Below are positions 18,640 through 28,599 of a stretch of 64,000 nt of DNA, piece by piece. The DNA comes from a virus (lineage: Duplodnaviria > Caudoviricetes). The translations under genes and the position numbers were made by a program. How positions within the stretch are numbered: the stretch's first letter is position 1; the number at the start of each line of letters is the position of its first letter. The notes below the pieces were generated by a model that worked only from the letters and a program-made list of their open reading frames with translations, was not told where the DNA came from and did not search any database. The DNA lies in IMG/VR virus record IMGVR_UViG_3300011989_000257, positions 1-64,000 of that record; one strand, given 5' to 3'.

Positions 18640-19537
18640 CAAAAAGCTTAATGTTGCAAAAACATCCAAAATGGATGAATTTTTTACTGAATACCAAACA
18701 GTAGAAAAAGAGTTAGAAAACTATACTTCTTTTTTTGATGGAAAAACAATATATTGTAATTGTGATAATTATAAAACTAGTGCTTTTTTCAAGTACTTCC
18801 TTAATAATTTTGAGAGGTTTAAACTAAAAAAAATAATATGTACTTGGTATGATAAAAACAATGGCGGCAAATGTGAATATTATAACAACCAATATCATAT
18901 CACACAATTAGATTACGATGGTGATTTTAGAAATGAAAAAAACATTTCTATAATCAAAGAATCTGATATCATAGTAACAAACCCCCCATTTTCTCTTTTT
19001 AGGGATTTTATTAAATTAATGATGCAGTATAACAAAAATTTTATTGTTTTAGGAAATTTAAATGCTGTGAAATACAAAGACGTGTTTCCACATATTATGA
19101 ACAATCGAATTTTTATAGGAAAAAGCATTAGATATGGAGATACTGAATTCATAGTTCCAAATACATTTTTTGACCCTAAAAAAACCAAAAATTTTACCAT
19201 AGATAAAATAAGTGGTAATAAATTGGTTAAAGTGCCAAGTATTAGATGGTATACTAATTTAAAATATGATGGTTTTAATCAAACCACACTAAACTTAGTC
19301 AAAACAATTGATTCAATGGTGTATGAATTTTTTGATGGATATGACAATATTATAAATTGCGATAAAGTGTCAAATATACCTAAAGATTATAATGGAATAA
19401 TTGGTGTTCCAATTAGCTTTATTGACAAATATAACAGCAACCAATTTAAAATAATTGGTTTGATAAGAGTGCCTAAAATTAAAGGGACTGAAATATATTC
19501 TAGAATCCTTATACAGAAAAAAGAAGAAAGTGCATGA
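18629..19537 (+). CDS. Second EcoRI-family adenine-specific DNA methyltransferase
   Basis: DEFFT, IYCNCD, GDFR, IVTNPPFSLFR, GIIGVPISF..KYN..QF, RILIQ. Confidence 0.85.
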   Translation: MKYNKKLNVAKTSKMDEFFTEYQTVEKELENYTSFFDGKTIYCNCDNYKTSAFFKYFLNNFERFKLKKIICTWYDKNNGGKCEYYNNQYHITQLDYDGDFRNEKNISIIKESDIIVTNPPFSLFRDFIKLMMQYNKNFIVLGNLNAVKYKDVFPHIMNNRIFIGKSIRYGDTEFIVPNTFFDPKKTKNFTIDKISGNKLVKVPSIRWYTNLKYDGFNQTTLNLVKTIDSMVYEFFDGYDNIINCDKVSNIPKDYNGIIGVPISFIDKYNSNQFKIIGLIRVPKIKGTEIYSRILIQKKEESA

Positions 19538-19553
19538 CTTTTCTTCTTTTTTT
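19516..19553 (+). terminator. Intrinsic terminator
   Basis: Imperfect stem AAAGAAGAAAGT...ACTTTTCTTCTTT followed by a T-run. Confidence 0.6.
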
Positions 19554-19608
19554 ATTTTTAAACACTTGATTTTTACAATACATTTTATTATATTTTATAT
19601 ATACAAAT

Positions 19609-21579
19609 ATGGCATTATCATTAGCAAAGATACAGCAAGCAAATGAACTATTAAGGGATTATAAAGGCAATAATTCCTACATAATAAGGCTCAAAAACAC
19701 AGTAGTTGCCTATCAAACGAGAGCAATGAACGATTTTGAGTGCGAATACGTATTGTCTAATCACGATAAAGAACCAAAAGAAGTAAATAAGATTGTCAAG
19801 GTTGCTGATTGGTATGGTGAGAAACTAAAAGAAGAATATGAATTGGAATTCATACCAAAGGTGCTTAAGATTACTTGGTACATGGGAGAAACAAGCAAAC
19901 ACTACCATTTCTATTGCATATATAGAAAGTCACAAGATAAGGCAATTGAGTTATTTGCACCCAAAAATGGAATCCTGACTGACTTCTTGATTGAGGACTA
20001 TCACAGCCATGAATTTAATCCAACACCATATGAAGAAAAAAGTGGATACAAGCTTTTCGAACATCAAATAGATACAGTCAAGTTTCTATTGTCTAGAAAA
20101 AAAGGTATAGTTTCATTGGATATGGGGATGGGAAAAACTGTGTCAGCGATTGTGGCTGCATTGGAAGGTGATTACAAGCATGTATTGATAATTTCCCCCT
20201 CATCAGTGAAGAAAACGTGGGAGAATGAATTAAAACACTTCGTCGATGATAAGGACATAACCATTGTTCAAGGTTCAAAATGGGATGATGCAAAATTTAC
20301 AATCATTAACTTTGATATTTTAGATAACTTCTATGAGATACCAGAACAAGTGATTAAAACTAGTGAATTGAATGTAGATGATGATGGTAATGTTATAAGA
20401 GAATACAAAGACAAGAAAATCGTCTCTAGAAGCAAGAAAATCATCGATGAGGCAATGAGTAAGAGTCAATTGTTCCAGAGCCACTACGACCTTCTAATCA
20501 TCGATGAGGCACATAGATTGTCTAATAACACAAGTGGCAGATTCAAAATTATCTCTGACTTAATTAAGAGAAGTAATCCAAAGGGTATATTTGAGCTTAC
20601 AGGAACCATGATTACAAATACCTCAAAGAATCTGTATAATCTTCTTAAATTAATTGATTTGCCAATTACACGAGATTGGCAATATTTCATGGAAAGGTAT
20701 TGTGGGGCTAAGTTCTTTTACAAGAAGAATGAGAGGAACGCCTATACAGCATTGTTCCTAAAGGAGAAAAAGAAAAATACTTGGTGGGATTTGACGAATG
20801 ATGAAAAAGACGAACTTAATAATATATTGGAGAAGAAATGCAAGAAGCAATGTATCTTTGGTGAAGATACCAATATGGAAGAACTTCAAGAGATTATCAA
20901 GCCATATTATCTCAGGAGAATAAAGGAAGAACTTAATGATATGGTTAAAAAGACCATAAAGGTTATTCATTATGAGATGACTGATGATGAGCGTAAATCT
21001 TATGATGAATTATGGGACAAGTATCTTGAGTTGCAAGAAGACAAGGAAAAGACTGAAAAAAACAAGAAACTTATCGAGAGTTCACTTATGAGACAATGGC
21101 TTGCTGACAAGATGATTCCAAAGACCATAGACCTTGTAAGAAAATGTATTGAAGTTGGTAGGAAAGTTATAATATTCTGTGCTTTTGATAATGAGATAAA
21201 TAAATTCAAGGAAGAATTCGGTGATATATGCGTATATCATAATGGTAAGATAAACGAAAAGAAAAAAAATATTGCAGTTGAAAAATTCCAAAATGATGAA
21301 AATATAAAGGTATTTATTGGAAATATTCAATCTGCTGGTGTTGGACTAACATTAACTGCCGCTAGTGTTTGTGTATTCAATAATTTCAGTTTTGTGCCAG
21401 CTGATAACTTACAATGCCAAGATAGAATACATCGTCTTAACCAGACTAAACCTTGTACTATATATTATCAATCGTTTAATGGTACTTATTTCGACAAAAT
21501 GCTTGAAATTGTCAATAATAAACAAGATGTAATAGATAAAATAATAGTTACAGAAAAAGAAAAATATGGCAATAGATAA
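19609..21579 (+). CDS. SNF2-family helicase/translocase
   Basis: DMGMGKT (Walker A), DEAH, LTGT, SAGVGLTLT, QCQDRIHR. Confidence 0.9.
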   Translation: MALSLAKIQQANELLRDYKGNNSYIIRLKNTVVAYQTRAMNDFECEYVLSNHDKEPKEVNKIVKVADWYGEKLKEEYELEFIPKVLKITWYMGETSKHYHFYCIYRKSQDKAIELFAPKNGILTDFLIEDYHSHEFNPTPYEEKSGYKLFEHQIDTVKFLLSRKKGIVSLDMGMGKTVSAIVAALEGDYKHVLIISPSSVKKTWENELKHFVDDKDITIVQGSKWDDAKFTIINFDILDNFYEIPEQVIKTSELNVDDDGNVIREYKDKKIVSRSKKIIDEAMSKSQLFQSHYDLLIIDEAHRLSNNTSGRFKIISDLIKRSNPKGIFELTGTMITNTSKNLYNLLKLIDLPITRDWQYFMERYCGAKFFYKKNERNAYTALFLKEKKKNTWWDLTNDEKDELNNILEKKCKKQCIFGEDTNMEELQEIIKPYYLRRIKEELNDMVKKTIKVIHYEMTDDERKSYDELWDKYLELQEDKEKTEKNKKLIESSLMRQWLADKMIPKTIDLVRKCIEVGRKVIIFCAFDNEINKFKEEFGDICVYHNGKINEKKKNIAVEKFQNDENIKVFIGNIQSAGVGLTLTAASVCVFNNFSFVPADNLQCQDRIHRLNQTKPCTIYYQSFNGTYFDKMLEIVNNKQDVIDKIIVTEKEKYGNR

Positions 21580-21709
21580 AAACATTTATAATAACGGAAT
21601 CAAGGGTCTTTTAAGTTTATGGGAAATAGAATCATTACCTAGAGACTACGAGATGTACAAAGGCATGTTTCGTGATGCCACAAATAGGAGGGAATTGAAT
21701 GGAAGATGA
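21566..21709 (+). CDS. Small hypothetical protein (47 aa, MAIDKNIY...; below ORF-track cutoff)
   Basis: Fills the gap and overlaps both neighbours. Confidence 0.5.
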   Translation: MAIDKNIYNNGIKGLLSLWEIESLPRDYEMYKGMFRDATNRRELNGR

Positions 21710-22100
21710 AGAAAAAGTATATCTTTGCTTTATAAGATTAATTGGCGAAGAAAATGATGGGTATTATCGTTATGAATTTATCTTTACTGACAACATTGAT
21801 GAGGTATGGGGTGAAGGGTTTGAATATAAACCAGCATGCCTTATTAACAATCTAATGGTAAATGATGAATATATAACTGAAATCCACATCGTAAAAACTA
21901 AGATTAAATTGGAGTTGGCTCAAGACAATTGCTGTTTTGGCATGCAAGATTTTTATGACGGTATTTGTGCAATAGCATGGGAGGATATATCAAATTATGA
22001 TGAATATCCTGAAGACGGGAGAATTTTCTTCAAATTTGGAGAGACACTTGAAGAAGTTGAAAGAAAATTAGCAATAAAGAATGTTTTAATGGTAAATTAA
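21699..22100 (+). CDS. Hypothetical acidic protein
   Basis: ORF track. Confidence 0.75.
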   Translation: MEDEEKVYLCFIRLIGEENDGYYRYEFIFTDNIDEVWGEGFEYKPACLINNLMVNDEYITEIHIVKTKIKLELAQDNCCFGMQDFYDGICAIAWEDISNYDEYPEDGRIFFKFGETLEEVERKLAIKNVLMVN

Positions 22101-22102
22101 AT

Positions 22103-22369
22103 ATGGTTGAACCAAAATTTACAAAGGGTGATTATATAATCAATAGAAAAAATAGTTTCGAAAACAGTGATATTGCCATAGTAAAAGGAGTTACTAAAAA
22201 AGGATATTATCAATTTTCAGCCCTTTATGGCGGCATGTTCCATGAATTTAAGGATGTTAGTGATAAGAATTATGACTTACAGATAAACTATCAGAAGTTC
22301 TATGATTTATGCACTGACGAGGAAAAAGAAAAGTTTGATGCTTTACTAAAAGAAAAAGGAGGGAAATAG
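22103..22369 (+). CDS. Hypothetical protein
   Basis: ORF track; begins KFTKGDYI. Confidence 0.7.
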   Translation: MVEPKFTKGDYIINRKNSFENSDIAIVKGVTKKGYYQFSALYGGMFHEFKDVSDKNYDLQINYQKFYDLCTDEEKEKFDALLKEKGGK

Positions 22370-22385
22370 TTTCTCTCCTTTTTTT
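22353..22385. terminator. Bidirectional terminator
   Basis: AAAAGGAGGGAAA-tag-TTTCTCTCCTTTT between convergent genes. Confidence 0.7.
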
Positions 22386-22779
22386 ATTTTTTAATTGGCT
22401 GTATCACTATATAAAGCGGTTCTCTTATTGGCATTTTCAAAAGTCCAACAGGATATGTGTAATTATCATTTTTCAACGCACCATTAAAATTAATATCAAA
22501 TGTGCCAATATAGGTTCCAGCTTCTTTCGTGTCATGCGCTTTCCAATCATAGCATATGACATATTGTTCTGTACAATCATCGTTCTCACGTAATTTAATA
22601 TAAGCCTTACCCTTAGCAACCTTAGTCACATTAGTATCTGCATTTACCATTGTAAACGTAATATCGGCATTTTGTATGCATTCATGAAATTTACCGTAAT
22701 CATGCCTACCATCCTCGATTAACTCCATTCTAAGAGTGGGTAATACTGCCCCTTGATTAATATAATAGAATTGTGCCAT
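22384..22779 (-). CDS. BppU-N-like Ig-fold virion protein
   Basis: I.QG..LP.L...L...A.ITFTM...Y.W...DT..AGTY.G.F.I.F. Confidence 0.55.
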   Translation of the reverse strand: MAQFYYINQGAVLPTLRMELIEDGRHDYGKFHECIQNADITFTMVNADTNVTKVAKGKAYIKLRENDDCTEQYVICYDWKAHDTKEAGTYIGTFDINFNGALKNDNYTYPVGLLKMPIREPLYIVIQPIKK

Positions 22780-22848
22780 TTTTATACTTTTTGAATTTTC
22801 TATAAATATTACATTCTAAGAAATATTTATTGTAAAAATAAAGAATTA

Positions 22849-24183
22849 ATGTTAATACAACCAAAACCATATATGGATAAACTAAGACTCAGACATCATG
22901 CATATGGTACTGAGCGCAAAAGAAATATGTCCAAGTTAATACTTGAACATGGTACACCTATACCTAAACCTATCGAATATTCTGATATTGATGAAACTAT
23001 GTTTAAATGGGTTGATGAAAAGATTAGGATTACGTATGACGGTAAAAGACTCCCAACGTATAAATTATACAGCACACAAAGACTAAGTGAATATTTGCAG
23101 TCATGGGACAAACAAGATGATACTGGGAATCCAATCATAAATTTTAAAACTATCACACGTGAACTTAATCCTCAAAAGGGAGAAAATCAAGGAAGTTACT
23201 TCAATATTCCAGGGCATAAAAACTTTACAATGTTCTATGTTCCAGTGTTACAAGAAAACGGAACTGAGGCATTTGACAAATATACAATGAAACAACCAAC
23301 ACAAATTAATTTTTTGTATACTGTTTCAATCATTTCAAATAAAATGAATATAATAAACGAAATGAATGAACTTATGCATTATGAATTTAATGCGATTGAT
23401 TGTTACATATCTCCTAATGAACATCCAATGTCAATGACCTTGGAGGACATATCTGATGAATCTGAATATACGATAAATGACAGGAAATATTATTCTCAAT
23501 CTTATAAGATAAAAGTAAGAGGCTACATCATTCGTAAAGAAGATTATAGTGTTGAAAGGATACCTTCTAGATTGGTGATATCATCCCATGATTCTGATGC
23601 AAGTGGAATTGTTAACAAGAGAGGAAAAAATAGAAAAGAAGATGAGAAGGTTATATTTATGGAAGGTTTTAAAGAAAATCCAGAAGCATACGAAAGAATC
23701 AAAACAGAGGCACTATCAAAAGATGACCATTGCGAAGTTATTCCATTTGATGATAAAGAGAAGCCAAATCAAATATTCGAACCTTCAGATAACAATGATA
23801 TTTGCTGTGACCCAACTCCAAACAAATATTCTAATAAAATTATGAAGATAATGATGAACTTTGAGAGTTGCACAACAGAATTATCATTCATAATAGATAA
23901 GGAAATGGTACTACAGACAGTTGAGACAAACAATGTATATGATTTTAGACTACTTGTAAATGGTGAAGTTATGGATTTCGAAAGTGACGTAAGGTTTTAT
24001 CCTGAAGATGAAATAATGGTTAGGATTAGTAGAGACAATGTTGAAGAAAAGTCAGAATTATTTCTAATTGGATATGACCCTAACATTGCAATTGATAGGG
24101 AGAATATTGCTGAATCATCATTAGACGAACAAAGTGATGAGGAAGATATTATGATTAATTACGAGGAAGAAACAGAAAATTAA
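22849..24183 (+). CDS. Putative tail terminator/sheath stabiliser (T4 gp15-like)
   Basis: P..INF.Y.VSI.......NE......LEDISDE...DRK....Y.I.V.GY. Confidence 0.5.
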   Translation: MLIQPKPYMDKLRLRHHAYGTERKRNMSKLILEHGTPIPKPIEYSDIDETMFKWVDEKIRITYDGKRLPTYKLYSTQRLSEYLQSWDKQDDTGNPIINFKTITRELNPQKGENQGSYFNIPGHKNFTMFYVPVLQENGTEAFDKYTMKQPTQINFLYTVSIISNKMNIINEMNELMHYEFNAIDCYISPNEHPMSMTLEDISDESEYTINDRKYYSQSYKIKVRGYIIRKEDYSVERIPSRLVISSHDSDASGIVNKRGKNRKEDEKVIFMEGFKENPEAYERIKTEALSKDDHCEVIPFDDKEKPNQIFEPSDNNDICCDPTPNKYSNKIMKIMMNFESCTTELSFIIDKEMVLQTVETNNVYDFRLLVNGEVMDFESDVRFYPEDEIMVRISRDNVEEKSELFLIGYDPNIAIDRENIAESSLDEQSDEEDIMINYEEETEN

Positions 24184-24185
24184 AT

Positions 24186-25655
24186 ATGGTTTTTAAAAGT
24201 TATATAACAAAATTCACTACTATAATTTCAAATAGTAAATTAAACACAGGACTTAACCCAATATCTGAATTGGTATATGGAAAAAATAATATTGTTTCTA
24301 GAGCATTATTTTACTTTGACCATAATAAAGTAAAGGAACTAATTGAAGATGGAACAATGATAGACATAAAGAATATGAAACACACGCTTCATATCATTAA
24401 TGCTGGGTCAACTGACCTAACACAATTGCATACATGTGAGACTAGTTCCATAAACGATAATATGAGACTTCGTGCAACATCATTCGACATTATATTCTTT
24501 TTAATACCAAAACCTTGGGATAGTGGAAAAGGATTTGATTATACGATGAATGCATTGAACTATGGATATTATTCTCCAACACCAACAGACCCAAAAAGAC
24601 TTTATTCTACTGATGGGTGCAATTGGTTTCAGAGAATGAATGGCTTACCTTGGGAAGAAGAAGGCATATATACTAATGAAACTTTATCAAAAGAATATGA
24701 TAAGTTCTCATGTGGGGAAGAATCAATTGTAGTAGGTAGGCAACATTTTGATGTTGGTAATGAAAGTATTGACTTGGATATTACCACAGTATTCAATAAG
24801 TTCCTAAATGGTGAATTAGAAAATTATGGACTTGGTATGGCATTCTCACCATTATTGGAAAGCATGGATAGTGACTATGAGAATTATGTTGGCTGGTTTA
24901 CCAATAAAACCAATACCTTCTTCGAACCTTATGTTGAAACAAGATATTCTGACGTGGTTTCAGATGATAGGTCTAATTTTGTACTAAACAAAGATAATAG
25001 ACTATACCTTTATTGTACAATTGGAGATACATTACAAGACCTTGATAACAATCCAACGGTGACTATCAAAAATAACGATGAAGAAGAAATCACAACTCTT
25101 GAATCACAAAAACAGTTTAGGGGTATATACTATGTTGATTTAAATCTCTCTAAAAGCGATTTTGAGGCTAATACAATGCTTTATGATACATGGGGTAATA
25201 TATCTTACCAAGGAACAAAATTGGACGATGTAGAGCTTGATTTTACACTTAAAGACACCACTAACTTCTTTAACATTGGAAATTCTCTATCAACTACGAA
25301 TGTTACTTTCACTCCAAGTATTTCTGGAATCAAAGAATGTGAAGAGATTAAACGTGGCGATGTTAGGAAACTAATTATTTCAGCGAAACCTAACTATACT
25401 GTAAACACCACACAATTGGTTGATAACATAGATATTAGGTTATATGTAAAGGATGGTACTAGAGAAATAGATGTAATAGAATGGGATAACATTAATAAAG
25501 CATTTTCTGAGAACTTCTACATGCTTGATACAAACATATTGATACCTCAGAAATATTTCGTTGACATTAGGATTAAGTATGGCATGAATTCGATAATACA
25601 TCACGATGTATTGTCATTTAATATTGTTGATGATTTGAATAACAAGTATGCATAA
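24186..25655 (+). CDS. Hypothetical virion protein
   Basis: ORF track; beta-rich; follows the gp15-like gene. Confidence 0.7.
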   Translation: MVFKSYITKFTTIISNSKLNTGLNPISELVYGKNNIVSRALFYFDHNKVKELIEDGTMIDIKNMKHTLHIINAGSTDLTQLHTCETSSINDNMRLRATSFDIIFFLIPKPWDSGKGFDYTMNALNYGYYSPTPTDPKRLYSTDGCNWFQRMNGLPWEEEGIYTNETLSKEYDKFSCGEESIVVGRQHFDVGNESIDLDITTVFNKFLNGELENYGLGMAFSPLLESMDSDYENYVGWFTNKTNTFFEPYVETRYSDVVSDDRSNFVLNKDNRLYLYCTIGDTLQDLDNNPTVTIKNNDEEEITTLESQKQFRGIYYVDLNLSKSDFEANTMLYDTWGNISYQGTKLDDVELDFTLKDTTNFFNIGNSLSTTNVTFTPSISGIKECEEIKRGDVRKLIISAKPNYTVNTTQLVDNIDIRLYVKDGTREIDVIEWDNINKAFSENFYMLDTNILIPQKYFVDIRIKYGMNSIIHHDVLSFNIVDDLNNKYA

Positions 25656-25657
25656 AT

Positions 25658-25689
25658 AAAGGTGGGGAAATTAATCCTCACCTTTTTTT
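25658..25689. terminator. Bidirectional terminator
   Basis: AAAGGTGGGGA...TCCTCACCTTTTTTT. Confidence 0.7.
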
Positions 25690-26063
25690 ATGTTGTTTAG
25701 TTTCATTATAGCCCATTCTCCACAATGGTTAAATGTATCCACAGTTTTGAAACCTTCTGACAAGTACAAGTCATATGCGTTGTTATCTTTTCTACACTCA
25801 AGAAACAACTCTTTACCCTTGTACTTTTCTTTTACTAATTTAAGAATATTTCTCCCAATCCCTTGACGCTGATATTTCTCCTTCACATAAAAATTCCATA
25901 AGTAAAGAGGATTATATCTACCAATAATAAATTTTCCGAACCTTTCGTGTTTTTTACTTATTTTACTAATTAAAATCAAACCAACATCCGCACTATGATT
26001 TTTCACTTTAATAGTGTCAAACCCACCTCTGTGTGTTGTCTTGGCGAAAATATATTTATACAT
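25671..26063 (-). CDS. GNAT-family N-acetyltransferase
   Basis: FYV...YQRQGIG (motif A), L.C...N.A..LY...GF (motif B). Confidence 0.8.
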   Translation of the reverse strand: MYKYIFAKTTHRGGFDTIKVKNHSADVGLILISKISKKHERFGKFIIGRYNPLYLWNFYVKEKYQRQGIGRNILKLVKEKYKGKELFLECRKDNNAYDLYLSEGFKTVDTFNHCGEWAIMKLNNIKKGED

Positions 26064-26084
26064 TTTTCTTTCTAAAATACAGTT

Positions 26085-26390
26085 TCATACCTTTTCTAAT
26101 ATTTCGTTAGCTAACGCTATCATTTTTTCAAGAGGCTTCAAACCATCAGCAAGTTCAAAGCATTCTTCTGGAGCTTCAACATCTTTACTAGGCTTATTCT
26201 TATTTTCTTCCCACCACTTAAGGAACTTCTCATTGTCCTTGTCACAATGCTGAGGTACTTCCTTATACTTTGGAGTCCTAAACAAACTATTGCCAACTCT
26301 CTCTTCATTCCACCCATCACTAACAGTTTCCGAATGATGAAAATGCTGACAGTCCATACAACTGTGTTTTCTTTTATTACAATTACACAT
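26085..26390 (-). CDS. Hypothetical Cys-rich protein
   Basis: CxxCxH...C...PECF. Confidence 0.65.
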   Translation of the reverse strand: MCNCNKRKHSCMDCQHFHHSETVSDGWNEERVGNSLFRTPKYKEVPQHCDKDNEKFLKWWEENKNKPSKDVEAPEECFELADGLKPLEKMIALANEILEKV

Positions 26391-26398
26391 ATTACCTC

Positions 26399-26671
26399 CT
26401 ATCTCTTTTTATGCAATACTATTTTACTTTCACAGTTTTCTACTGAGAATATAATACCAACCCCTAAGCAAGCAATAACTAAAACACATAATCCAATGAA
26501 AGACATTAAAGAAAATATGAAACAATACATAAAATCTTTAAGTCTAATTTCAATCTGCTTTGTCTCTGAATACCGATATAAAACCGAAGCTAGGAGATAA
26601 AGGACAAAACAAACAATAACAAACACTAGATACCAAAAATCGTCTTGATGTACACTAAAATATTCTGCCAT
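26399..26671 (-). CDS. Two-TM membrane protein
   Basis: Two hydrophobic helices; start moved downstream of the promoter. Confidence 0.65.
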   Translation of the reverse strand: MAEYFSVHQDDFWYLVFVIVCFVLYLLASVLYRYSETKQIEIRLKDFMYCFIFSLMSFIGLCVLVIACLGVGIIFSVENCESKIVLHKKR

Positions 26672-26696
26672 ATTGATTATATTTTTTAATTTCTGT

Positions 26697-26730
26697 TGCA
26701 AATGTACGAAAAAAAATCGAGACTACCAAA
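26697..26730 (-). promoter_or_regulatory. Bacteroidota sigmaA-type promoter overlapping a terminator hairpin
   Basis: TTTGG-N19-TACATTTGCA; hairpin AAAATCGAGA..TCTCGATTTT at 26709-26746. Confidence 0.75.
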
Positions 26731-26760
26731 AGTAATCTCGATTTTTAACTTTTATTATAC

Positions 26761-26907
26761 TTAGACCTTTTTAGCAATCTCTAAAAGTTCGTCAGCATAC
26801 ATATGAACAAACTCATCAGCCCATTCATCACGTTCATCTTCATCAATGCAGCCAAATTCGGCAGCTTCGATTACCATTGCTTTAAGTTTTTCAACAAACT
26901 TTTCCAT
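26761..26907 (-). CDS. Small acidic protein (48 aa, MEKFVEKLKAMV...)
   Basis: Translated by eye; directly follows the SPFH gene. Confidence 0.6.
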   Translation of the reverse strand: MEKFVEKLKAMVIEAAEFGCIDEDERDEWADEFVHMYADELLEIAKKV

Positions 26908-26912
26908 GTGGA

Positions 26913-28193
26913 TTACCACTTGATGTTGTTCATCTTCTCAATGGTCTGCATCAGCATATTCAAACCAACCGTCTGCATTGGGTCAGAACCATTACCGTTG
27001 CTACCGTTGACCATAATCTTCGGGACCCACTCAGTATTTGAGTTAGCAAGCTCATGAGCAATGCCAATCATGGTCTCCTTCTTCATCTGTAAGAGCTGTT
27101 CTGGAGTTGCGCCTGCGGATACAAGAGCACGGTTTGCAGCAGCCTTAGCCTCACCTTCAGCACGAACCTTACGAGCAACCTCCTCAGCCTTTGCAGCCTC
27201 AAGTTTTGCCACTTCGAACTCTTGTTGTGCCTTGGTAACCTCTACTGCCTTAATCTTCTCTTGCTCCCACTTTGCCTTTTCAGCATCTGCCTTACCTTGC
27301 TCTGTAATCAGCACAGTTTTCTGAATAGCCTCAAGAGATTTTGTCTTTGCGGTCACAACTGCGAGGTTAGCTTGCTTCTGTGCGTCAATTTGGTCTTGAG
27401 TTGCCTTATCGTACTTGATGTCGGTGATTGATACGAGATTACACGTAATACCGTATTGCTGGAAAGGACACAAGTCAACCTCTGCCTTACCGTCCTTCGT
27501 CTTAATGATACGTCCAGTACCCTCTTGTCGCATATAGTTACCGTTGCGGTCAACGAGAATCTCTGCTTTGGAAATGGTTTCAGTATCTCCTGTAAGTTCA
27601 TTCACCGCCTTGATTTTCTCGACTCTCGTCTTGTACACACCGTTGTTAAGCTGGTCAGTAATGTACTGGATAAGGTCGGTACGAGTTTCAGATACAGACT
27701 CTAGAGATGACATAAGCGGTCCGCACGATGTCACAACCTTGTAAAGCGTAGGCTTGATAAGCGTGGTAATAAGAGCATCCTCAGAGCCGAATTCTTGCTG
27801 AATTTTTGCCATATGAGCAAAGTCACGAGGCAAGATAACACGGAGTGAACCGATGATGAATCCACGACCACGGTCATTGAACGTAACGGCTGCACCAGGA
27901 TTGTTGCCAGAAGCGATATAGCCTTCCTCGTTCTTCTCCACACCAGTGAACTCAACTTGCGTGGTCTTGTTGTACTCGTATACATTACCCCACCACTGGA
28001 ACTGAGCACCACCCTCAGTCCATACCTCATACTTACCAGTTACAGGGAACTGACACACGTAGTTCTTCGATTTGTCACAATCCTCCATAACTCCACTGAT
28101 GACAAACGATAACACAAACAGCGATACAATCGCAACAATACCCATAAGTACCTTCTTAGATACATTAATGGGAGAATTTTGAATTTCTTTCAT
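26913..28193 (-). CDS. SPFH/band-7 domain membrane protein
   Basis: N-terminal TM, FND.G.G, L..LI.P, YGI....V.I.DI.Y, AEA-rich coiled coil, VPKIM. Confidence 0.85.
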   Translation of the reverse strand: MKEIQNSPINVSKKVLMGIVAIVSLFVLSFVISGVMEDCDKSKNYVCQFPVTGKYEVWTEGGAQFQWWGNVYEYNKTTQVEFTGVEKNEEGYIASGNNPGAAVTFNDRGRGFIIGSLRVILPRDFAHMAKIQQEFGSEDALITTLIKPTLYKVVTSCGPLMSSLESVSETRTDLIQYITDQLNNGVYKTRVEKIKAVNELTGDTETISKAEILVDRNGNYMRQEGTGRIIKTKDGKAEVDLCPFQQYGITCNLVSITDIKYDKATQDQIDAQKQANLAVVTAKTKSLEAIQKTVLITEQGKADAEKAKWEQEKIKAVEVTKAQQEFEVAKLEAAKAEEVARKVRAEGEAKAAANRALVSAGATPEQLLQMKKETMIGIAHELANSNTEWVPKIMVNGSNGNGSDPMQTVGLNMLMQTIEKMNNIKW

Positions 28194-28228
28194 TTACTTA
28201 CTTTTTTATATGTTAATATTAAAAACTA

Positions 28229-28384
28229 TCACACGAAGAAATAATAGAACGGTATTAATACCTTCGGGAATGACACATCCTCTTTTGAAAACTTAATCGC
28301 ACCCCAACATTGTAGTGTAAGTAGTATGTAGTATATAACACTTACAACTCCAAATAAAATTCCAAGAAAAACTAAATACTTCAT
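28229..28384 (-). CDS. Small membrane protein (51 aa, MKYLVFLGILFG...)
   Basis: Translated by eye; hydrophobic; first gene after the promoter. Confidence 0.6.
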   Translation of the reverse strand: MKYLVFLGILFGVVSVIYYILLTLQCWGAIKFSKEDVSFPKVLIPFYYFFV

Positions 28385-28414
28385 TTTTTTTTGCTATTTG
28401 TTTTTTAATTTCGA

Positions 28415-28448
28415 TGCAAAGATACGAAATCTTTTTGAAATAACCAAA
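28415..28448 (-). promoter_or_regulatory. Bacteroidota sigmaA-type promoter
   Basis: TTTGG-N19-TATCTTTGCA. Confidence 0.8.
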
Positions 28449-28546
28449 ATTTAAATTGAATTATAACGTTTATTAACACTTTGCGAATATTTATATAAAA
28501 GTTTCTTTATATTATGGTACGTAAACTATTATATAATACATAATCG

Positions 28547-28585
28547 AAAGCGCATTAGTTCAGTTATGGACTGATGCGCTTTTTT
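28547..28585 (+). terminator. Terminator-like hairpin in the phoH leader
   Basis: AAAGCGCATTAGTTCA-GTTA-TGGACTGATGCGCTTT followed by a T-run. Confidence 0.65.
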
Positions 28586-28599
28586 CTAAACTAATTTAT

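Noticed and set aside
18286-19537. Classical type II restriction-modification pair
   Set aside because: The nuclease is a ~117-aa domain of the same family as the zinc-finger-array nucleases, not an EcoRI-like REase. Functional coupling to the MTase is unproven.
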